Positions 57,677-64,000 of a stretch of 64,000 bases of DNA are shown one piece after another; the stretch's first letter is position 1, and each line of letters starts with the position of its first letter. Location of the stretch: assembly GCA_026396415.1 (NCBI GenBank), contig JAPLWX010000050.1:15783-79782 (forward strand). The letters are read 5' to 3'. The stretch is from Candidatus Micrarchaeota archaeon. Its GTDB lineage: Archaea; Micrarchaeota; Micrarchaeia; Anstonellales; Anstonellaceae. Under the pieces are notes generated by a model. That model worked only from the letters and a program-made list of their open reading frames with translations. It was not told the origin of the DNA and ran no database searches. Both the position numbers and the translations under genes were made by a program.

Positions 57677-58927
57677 CTACTTATACACAACCACTGCGCT
57701 CTTCGTTCCCACAAGCAGCACCACTTCGCTTTTCTCCACGATGAAGTCGGCAGCCACCTTTTTCGCAGCCACGCGGTCGTTTGTAGTGATGCCAGCTGCG
57801 CGCTCGCGCGGCACAAGGAGCGCCATTTCCCTCTTTCCGTCAAACAGCATGATGCGCGCGTAGGGCTTCCTTTTTGGGCCGTAGGCAATCTCTGTGATGG
57901 AGGATATCTGCATTTCCGAAAACGACAGGTTTTTCATGCCAGGCTTCACGCTTGAGAACGTGGCACAGCCCTCCTCGCGCGCCTGCTCAAAGGCAATCCT
58001 GAAGGCAAGCTCCACCTTGCGCCGAAAGTCGCTTATCATCCTGTTTGACTCGCGCTTCAGGTCCGCCTTTCCCATGCCGGGCGTGGTTGCAATGCGGAGC
58101 GCATAATGGTAAATGTCATCCGGCTCCTCAAGCCCGGTGCGCTGCGCCTCCCCCTCCCCCTGCGAAGAGAGCATCTCCCCCACCACCTCGGTGTCTTCCT
58201 CTGACACTTCCACCTCATGCTCCGCCCTGCGGGGCAGCTCGCGGGGCTCCTCGTGCTTGCCGAACGGGAAGTTGGCTGCGTTTTGCGGCGCACCCTCCTT
58301 TTCCGCAGCCTCGCGCGCAGACTGTCTCTGCAGCGAGCCTGCCCTTTCCAACTCGCGCGGCTGCTGGCTGCCGCTTATCTTGTCAAGTTCGCGCAGGGGG
58401 TCAAGCTCCTCCGGCCTAAAGCCGAAAAGCTTCTGGAGCGAGGGCAGGAGCTTCCTTTTTGCGCTCTCGCGCTTCTTGGGCTCGTAGTGCGCGAACAGCC
58501 TTTCGATGGCAGGCATCATGTTCGCATGCGCCGTCTGCTGCGCAGGTGTCTGCTGCTGCGGGGCGCCTGCCGCATTCTGCATGGCGCCGGGCTGCGCCTT
58601 CCTCTCTGAAAGCAGCTTGCCGATGGATACGATTTCCTCCTTTTCATCCTTGAAGTTGCCAAGCGAGCGCTGCGCGGCCCCCTTCACTGCCTCGTCCTTG
58701 TCGGCAGACAGCTCAATGAGCGCGAATATCGCGCGCGGGTCGTCTGTCTTTGAAAGCGCGTTCGCAATCCTCAGGCGCACCGCGGGGTCCGAGTCGAATG
58801 CCTGCGCCACCATCCTGTCCAGGTCGTCAGGCTTGTCCTCTGCCGCGTCCAGGAGGCTCACCTGGCGGGGCGTTTTGGCTTTTGGCTTGTCCGGCATGGG
58901 AATCAACTTTGCCACTTTGGAGGGCAA
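57677..58927 (-). CDS. HEAT/PBS-lyase-repeat protein with long disordered Gln/Glu-rich linker and ordered C-terminal domain
   Basis: The N-terminus DSDPAVRLRIANALSKTDDPRAIFALIELSADKDEAVKGAAQRSLG is a PBS-lyase HEAT-like repeat. Confidence 0.45.
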   Translation of the reverse strand: MPSKVAKLIPMPDKPKAKTPRQVSLLDAAEDKPDDLDRMVAQAFDSDPAVRLRIANALSKTDDPRAIFALIELSADKDEAVKGAAQRSLGNFKDEKEEIVSIGKLLSERKAQPGAMQNAAGAPQQQTPAQQTAHANMMPAIERLFAHYEPKKRESAKRKLLPSLQKLFGFRPEELDPLRELDKISGSQQPRELERAGSLQRQSAREAAEKEGAPQNAANFPFGKHEEPRELPRRAEHEVEVSEEDTEVVGEMLSSQGEGEAQRTGLEEPDDIYHYALRIATTPGMGKADLKRESNRMISDFRRKVELAFRIAFEQAREEGCATFSSVKPGMKNLSFSEMQISSITEIAYGPKRKPYARIMLFDGKREMALLVPRERAAGITTNDRVAAKKVAADFIVEKSEVVLLVGTKSAVVVYK

Positions 58928-58960
58928 AGGATAAAAACAGTAATATGCGCCATACCTGCA

Positions 58961-59503
58961 ATGGATATCGCACAGCTTTTCACGGACGCATTCGGCCTGG
59001 TGCGCCCCGAGGCCCGATTCGCCTCGATTGCGCTCAATGACACGGCATTTGCCGTGCTTTTCTCAATCGCGCTCATCATCACCCTTACCTGCTTTTTCAA
59101 GGAGCAGAAGCTGCTTCCCTTCATGGTGGCATCCGTGGCAATCGCGCTTTTGCTCGGCGTTTCCTTCAAGGCATTCCTGCAGGAGGAGCGGCCGTGCGTG
59201 GAAACCCCTGGCAAAATCCCATGCCCTCTTGACTTTTCCCTGCCTTCCCTGCATTCCCTCCTCACATTCACCATTGCCATCGTGGCAATCGGCAACCGCT
59301 CGTTCGCCTTTTACCTCATCTACGCGCTTTTTGCGGCATTCTCGCGGGTGTACCTGGGCGTGCATACCATCACCGAGGTGGCAGCCGGGCTTGCGCTTGC
59401 CTTCCTCGCATGCGTGCTTTGCGAAATGCTCTGGCGCAGCCTCAAGCTTCCCCTCCCGCCGGGCGTGCATATCAAGCACAGCGCGGCAAGGCTCCAGGCA
59501 TAA
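58961..59503 (+). CDS. PAP2-family (type 2) lipid phosphatase
   Basis: The PAP2 motifs are present: KxxxxxxRP-like (FLQEERP), PSLHS and SRVYLGVHTITEV. Confidence 0.7.
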   Translation: MDIAQLFTDAFGLVRPEARFASIALNDTAFAVLFSIALIITLTCFFKEQKLLPFMVASVAIALLLGVSFKAFLQEERPCVETPGKIPCPLDFSLPSLHSLLTFTIAIVAIGNRSFAFYLIYALFAAFSRVYLGVHTITEVAAGLALAFLACVLCEMLWRSLKLPLPPGVHIKHSAARLQA

Positions 59504-59586
59504 GGTGCCAATATGGACAAAGACGAACGGCCCGCGCGGCAAAATGAGCGAGGGCCTATGCGCCCGCGCAGCAAGGCAGTGGTTTT

Positions 59587-60147
59587 ATGAACGAGGACGA
59601 ACGGCAAATATTCCACCTCTCGCTTGGCATCTTCTTGATTGCCATGGTGCAGCTCACCGGCGTGGAGCTTTCAGCCTACATTGTGAGCGTTTCCCTTATA
59701 GTTGGCCTGGTGCTCGTGCACATCAAGCTCTCCTACATGCGCCTTGGCAGGCCAATCGAGTGGCTTATCGAGCGCTTTGAGAGGCCAGGCGCCGTGGCGG
59801 GCTACGGCGCCATGACTTTCACCGCGGCAGTGCTTTGCATCCTCACCCTTCTCGCGCACAAGGAGCAGATTCTCGCCTCGCTTGCCATCCTGGGCATCGG
59901 GGACGCGGCAAGCACCATTGTGGGGCGCAGGAGCAAGCGCAAGCTTTCCTATAACGCGCGAAAGACAGCGGGCGGCACGTTCGCGTTTTTCCTGTCATCC
60001 GCGCCGTTTGCCTTCTTCTTTGCAGGCCCGGGCGCGCTTGTCGTTTGCGCGGCAGCCGCGCTTGCGGAAAGCGCAGAGGCAAAAATAGACGACAACCTCA
60101 TAATCGCGGTGGTGTGCGTGGTGGCATTCAGGCTGATTGGCGGATGA
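59587..60147 (+). CDS. polyprenol/dolichol kinase-like membrane protein (CTP-dependent; DUF92/Sec59-like)
   Basis: The sequence GIGDAASTIVGRRSKRKLSYNARKTAGGTFAFF matches the C-terminal catalytic motif of dolichol/phytol kinases. Six TM helices. Confidence 0.55.
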   Translation: MNEDERQIFHLSLGIFLIAMVQLTGVELSAYIVSVSLIVGLVLVHIKLSYMRLGRPIEWLIERFERPGAVAGYGAMTFTAAVLCILTLLAHKEQILASLAILGIGDAASTIVGRRSKRKLSYNARKTAGGTFAFFLSSAPFAFFFAGPGALVVCAAAALAESAEAKIDDNLIIAVVCVVAFRLIGG

Positions 60148-60194
60148 TGAAACAAATATAAGCACTTCGTATCACCAATGCCTGAGGTGGTGGA

Positions 60195-60839
60195 ATGAAC
60201 TTTCTGAAGAATGCCTTTGCCAAAAATGAGGCAAAGCCCAGGATCCTTAGCTACGTTTTCCTTAACAGGATGCACAGGCTAAATAAGTTTCTTCCGAAAT
60301 CGGAGAAATTCCATCAGAAATATGAATACCACTTGGATGCTGCAATGAAATTCATGGAGAGCGACAAATGGACTGCAATGTTCCCCATCCCGTGGCATTT
60401 CTGCAGCATGAAATACTATGAGAACAAGCACCTATCCGTGAATGGGAAGATCGCTGATTTGAGCTACAGGGTTTCGAATGAGAAAAAGCTAGCCTCGTTT
60501 GTGGAAAAGCAGGTTGAAGTGAATAAACTTGGATACTGGAAGAAGGAGCTGAGAGACATGTTGAGGATGGCCATAGAATGGCCAGTTATGCTGATTTCCG
60601 CCTTGGTATTCGATGCAGTGGCAATGACAGGGCTGCACAGGTTAGCCCCAGAGTTGTTTTCGCATTCGTCGAAGTTTGGGGACGTTTTCTCGAGTCCGAC
60701 GATGATCACATTGACACTGGTTTCTTTGGCAATCGGGCTGGCAAGCAAGAATTTCATTTCCAGGGCAAAAGATGCACTTGAGCTTGGCCGCGATAACGCC
60801 CAAAAGCTCGTTGAAGATGTGAAAAGGCTTGCAGCCTGA
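60195..60839 (+). CDS. hypothetical protein (214 aa), lower GC
   Basis: An ORF with a hydrophobic segment near the C-terminus. No family recognised. Confidence 0.3.
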   Translation: MNFLKNAFAKNEAKPRILSYVFLNRMHRLNKFLPKSEKFHQKYEYHLDAAMKFMESDKWTAMFPIPWHFCSMKYYENKHLSVNGKIADLSYRVSNEKKLASFVEKQVEVNKLGYWKKELRDMLRMAIEWPVMLISALVFDAVAMTGLHRLAPELFSHSSKFGDVFSSPTMITLTLVSLAIGLASKNFISRAKDALELGRDNAQKLVEDVKRLAA

Positions 60840-60908
60840 GGCAAGCGAAAATGACGCCTGCCCTGAATACCTTTTAATACCCTTTCGGGGCTAATCTGTG
60901 CGATTTCT

Positions 60909-61394
60909 ATGATAGTGCCCGGCTCAAAGTCAATCGCGTTCATAACTGAAACAGTGGGGGAGGGGCAGCTCCAGCCCTGCGGGGTGGACATGACGCTTCG
61001 CGAGGTGCATGCGCTAACGGATGCGGGCGAAATAGATTTTGACAACTCCAAAAGGAAGATAAGCAAATCGGCTGCGCTGGCATTTGACTCCAACGGGAAG
61101 CTGCATCTTGCTCAGGGCTGCTACAAGATAGTGTATAACGAGTACGTTTCCGTTCCCATCGACGCGTGCGCGTTCGGCTTCCCCCGCTCGTCGCTGCTGC
61201 GCTGCGGCGCGGACGTGAGGTGCGCGGTGTGGGACCCTGGCTACCACGGCAGGAGCGAATCCTTGCTCGTGGTGCACAGCGCGCACGGGATAACTCTTCA
61301 CAAGAACGCGAAAGTGATGCAGCTTGTCTTTGTGCGCCTGGAAAGCGCGGCGCACAAGGGATATGAAGGGCAGTACAAAGGGGAGAATAAGTAA
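60909..61394 (+). CDS. dcd: dUTPase/dCTP deaminase superfamily protein (short form, likely dUTP diphosphatase or dCTP deaminase)
   Basis: The sequence PRSSLLRCGADVRCAVWDPGYHGRSESLLVV...VMQLVF matches the conserved dUTPase-fold motifs. Confidence 0.7.
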   Translation: MIVPGSKSIAFITETVGEGQLQPCGVDMTLREVHALTDAGEIDFDNSKRKISKSAALAFDSNGKLHLAQGCYKIVYNEYVSVPIDACAFGFPRSSLLRCGADVRCAVWDPGYHGRSESLLVVHSAHGITLHKNAKVMQLVFVRLESAAHKGYEGQYKGENK

Positions 61395-61404
61395 GGTGCA
61401 AATC

Positions 61405-63171
61405 ATGCCAATCCGACAGCCTATTGTTGTGGTGATGGGTCACGTAGACCACGGTAAAACCAGCTTATTGGACGCCATACGCAACACCAAGGTGGCAAAG
61501 AAGGAGGCAGGCGCAATCACCCAGCACATAGGCGCGTCGGAAATCTCGCTCGATGACATACGGAACTCCTGTGCTGCCGCAACCGGCGGCAAATTGCCTT
61601 CATTCACCATCCCCGGGCTTCTTTTCATAGACACGCCCGGGCACGCGTCGTTCACGCACCTGCGCGAGCGGGGCGGGAGCATCGCGGACATCGCGGTGCT
61701 TGTGGTGGACATCATGCAGGGCTTCCAGCCGCAGACAATCGAAAGCATAAGGATACTGCGCGAGTTCAAGACGCCCTTCATCGTGGCTGCGAACAAGGTG
61801 GACCTGATATCGGGCTGGCGCAGCAGGACTGACGAGCAGGGCGCATGCAGCGTGCTGACCAACGTCAACTCCCAGCCAGAGCACGTTCAGACGCGCCTGG
61901 ACGAGCTCCTCTACGGCCTTGTCGGCAAGCTCTCGGAGCGCGGGATAGAAAGCGAGCGCTTTGACCGCGTCACGGACTTCACCAAGCAGGTGGCAATCAT
62001 ACCCGTCTCCGCAAAGACGGGCGAGGGGCTGCCCGAGCTTCTCCTCTCCATCGCAGGGCTTTCCCAGAAATTCCTGGAAGCCGCATTGAAGACCGATGTG
62101 GAAGGGCCAGGCAAGGGAACGGTGCTTGAGGTGAAGGAGGAAAAGGGCCTGGGCACCACCATAGACGTGATACTGTACGACGGCACGCTTAGGAAGAACG
62201 ACGAGATAATATTCGCGACATTGAACGGGCCTGCCAAGGCGCGCGTGCGCGGGCTTCTCAAGCCCAACCCCCACCCCACAGGCGATGGCGACAAGTACGA
62301 GTACGTGGACGAGGTGCACGCAGCAGCAGGCGTGAAGGTCTACTCGCCTGGAGTGGAGGGCGCGCTTTCAGGCTCCCCACTCATTGTGGATGACGGGAAG
62401 GAGAACAAGGACGAGCTTGCGGAAATGTACGAAATGCTCAAGAAAATCATGTTCGAGTCCGAGAATAGCGGCGCAATCGTGAAGGCCGACACATTAGGCT
62501 CGCTCGAGGCGCTGTGCAAGCTCCTGGCAACCCAGGGCGTGGATATACGGCGAGCCTCGATTGGCAAGGTGGCGAAAAAGGACGTGTCGGACGCGTCGGT
62601 GGTGGCGGGCTCCGAGCCTTACAAGGGCGTGGTGCTCTCCTTCAACGTGGACGTGGCGGATGACGCGGCGGACGAGGCTGCGCGCCGTGGCATAAGGATA
62701 TTCTCCTCCCGCGTCATCTACTCGCTCTGCGACGATTATGCGGCATGGGTGTCAGAGGAGAAGAAAAAGGCAGCGGGAAGCGCAGCCGAGCGGCTGCCCC
62801 TGCCTGCAAAGATACGCGCGCTTCCGGGATGCACCTTCCGCGCCTCCAAGCCGGCAATACTGGGCGTGGAGATAATCGAGGGCAGGCTGAAGAAAGGCGT
62901 GCGGCTCATGGACAGGAAAGGCGAGATAATAGGCGAGGTGCGCGAGATACAGAAAGACGGGAAGCCTGTCAAGGAAACGCACGCGGGCGAGCAGCTCGCC
63001 ATCTCCATCGAGGGCGCGGTGTGCGGCAAGAACGTGTGCGAAGGCAGCGACTATCTCGTCTACATCACGCGCGACGAGGGCAAGGAGCTGCTTTCCACTG
63101 CAGCGCTGCCGCCAGGCGAATTGGCTGTGCTTGGCGAGATACTTGCAATAACGGACGCGAAAAGGATCTGA
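61405..63171 (+). CDS. infB: translation initiation factor aIF5B (IF-2 homolog)
   Basis: The G-domain is IVVVMGHVDHGKTSLLD...FIDTPGHASF...NKVD. The C-terminal beta-barrels are present. 588 aa from the ATG at 61405. Confidence 0.9.
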   Translation: MPIRQPIVVVMGHVDHGKTSLLDAIRNTKVAKKEAGAITQHIGASEISLDDIRNSCAAATGGKLPSFTIPGLLFIDTPGHASFTHLRERGGSIADIAVLVVDIMQGFQPQTIESIRILREFKTPFIVAANKVDLISGWRSRTDEQGACSVLTNVNSQPEHVQTRLDELLYGLVGKLSERGIESERFDRVTDFTKQVAIIPVSAKTGEGLPELLLSIAGLSQKFLEAALKTDVEGPGKGTVLEVKEEKGLGTTIDVILYDGTLRKNDEIIFATLNGPAKARVRGLLKPNPHPTGDGDKYEYVDEVHAAAGVKVYSPGVEGALSGSPLIVDDGKENKDELAEMYEMLKKIMFESENSGAIVKADTLGSLEALCKLLATQGVDIRRASIGKVAKKDVSDASVVAGSEPYKGVVLSFNVDVADDAADEAARRGIRIFSSRVIYSLCDDYAAWVSEEKKKAAGSAAERLPLPAKIRALPGCTFRASKPAILGVEIIEGRLKKGVRLMDRKGEIIGEVREIQKDGKPVKETHAGEQLAISIEGAVCGKNVCEGSDYLVYITRDEGKELLSTAALPPGELAVLGEILAITDAKRI

Positions 63172-63179
63172 AGCGAGCA

Positions 63180-63389
63180 TCACAAGTCGTCTTCTGAAAT
63201 CCCGGTCTGCTTCATTATGTGGCGCAAAAGCCCTCTCTTGAGTTCACGGTGCAAAGGCACTGTGACCGGGGGCAGGAACCTATGGACCAGATTGACATGG
63301 CTTCCCTTCCTGCTCCTCACGACATAGCCTTTTGACTTGATGAGCGCGGATGCAAGCTTCTCCCCGGACACAACAGGAAGCTTAGCCAC
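63180..63389 (-). CDS. hicA: HicA-family toxin
   Basis: The sequence SGEKLASALIKSKGYVVRSRKGSHVNLVH...VTVPLHRELKRGLLRHIMKQTGISEDDL is a near-consensus HicA. Confidence 0.75.
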   Translation of the reverse strand: MAKLPVVSGEKLASALIKSKGYVVRSRKGSHVNLVHRFLPPVTVPLHRELKRGLLRHIMKQTGISEDDL

Positions 63390-63603
63390 TCAGCAACACC
63401 GTTGCAACCTGTGCCCTCTGCGAGCCATTCTGCGCCCGGTAAGAGCCAAGCGATTCGAGGTGCAAAAGAAGCGCCTCCCTGATATTCTGCAAAGCCTCGC
63501 CCCGGGTCTCGCCCTGTGAAACGCACTCCGGCATGGAAGGGACCTCCACCCAGTAGCCCCCCTCGCTTGCCTTGTGCAAAAGAACGCTCACTTTTATTGC
63601 CAT
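63382..63603 (-). CDS. hicB: HicB-like antitoxin (UPF0150 family)
   Basis: The sequence KASEGGYWVEVPSMPECVSQGETRGEALQNIREALLLHLE matches the HicB N-domain. It overlaps hicA by 8 nt. Confidence 0.6.
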   Translation of the reverse strand: MAIKVSVLLHKASEGGYWVEVPSMPECVSQGETRGEALQNIREALLLHLESLGSYRAQNGSQRAQVATVLLSG

Positions 63604-63634
63604 AATGATAGTTCACCGTTCACAATTTTTATAT

Positions 63635-64000
63635 CTACTGCCTCACAGCCACTTTCCCGAATTTTGCATAGGGCTTGCCTGTAGGCGAATCGAGCCTCTC
63701 GAAGATGATTTGCGATATCCTCATGCCCTCGCGTATGGTGACTGGGAAAGGCGCGAAATTCACGATTTCCAGCACCTGGTGGTTGCGCGAGCCGGGCATC
63801 ACAAGCGCGGATGTCACGTGCACCGCCAAGCCCATGCGCGCGTACCTGCTCCTTCCCTCCAGCGTGCCAATCATGTCCGGCGGCATGAGTATCTTTTCGC
63901 GCGTGATGCCAAGGCACATGCCTCCGGGCGCAAGCGTGATGGACTTTTCCTTGTGCGCCTCAGTGGCCTCCAAAAAGCCCACGCGCGAGAGGTCCACTGG
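63635..64000 (-). CDS. dCTP deaminase / dUTPase family protein, C-terminal part (gene probably continues past the window end)
   Basis: The sequence LEGRSRYARMGLAVHVTSALVMPGSRNHQVLEIVNFAPFPVTIREGMRISQIIF matches the dCTP deaminase C-terminal motifs. The expected N-terminal region is missing. Confidence 0.55.
   Translation of the reverse strand, partial: PVDLSRVGFLEATEAHKEKSITLAPGGMCLGITREKILMPPDMIGTLEGRSRYARMGLAVHVTSALVMPGSRNHQVLEIVNFAPFPVTIREGMRISQIIFERLDSPTGKPYAKFGKVAVRQ

Overview
This window looks like a high-GC (about 60%) archaeal chromosomal segment. Several things point to archaea: the 16S rRNA has archaeal signature sequences, and the coding genes include RadA, aIF5B, archaeal-type AspRS, PheS-alpha, Alba, CDP-archaeol synthase, PurP, Sec61-beta and mevalonate-pathway decarboxylase. 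Coding is dense on both strands. Housekeeping genes are interrupted by several lower-GC patches, probably laterally acquired: a tryptophanase-family gene; an AT-rich islet carrying a GNAT-toxin-like gene, LemA and small ORFs; a HExxH protein; and others. The window also contains at least four type II toxin-antitoxin-like modules: RHH-MazF, RHH-RelE, HicB-HicA, and a GNAT toxin with a tiny upstream ORF. The most notable observation is a complete, stand-alone 16S rRNA gene at about 51381-52948. It is not followed by 23S. It carries a 28-nt hairpin-forming insertion exactly inside the universal 515F/519R primer site and also diverges at the terminal primer sites. Also notable are a surface protein with 39-bp tandem coding repeats and a C-terminal J-domain protein. 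The two parts of an AmmeMemoRadiSam system (radical SAM and AMMECR1) lie 18 kb apart. There is a degenerate LAGLIDADG-like ORF. One Sec61-beta gene is too short for the ORF track. The ORF track reports GTG/TTG starts as M, so several starts were re-placed at internal ATGs by eye. All calls are from manual reading of translations and motifs; no database search was run.
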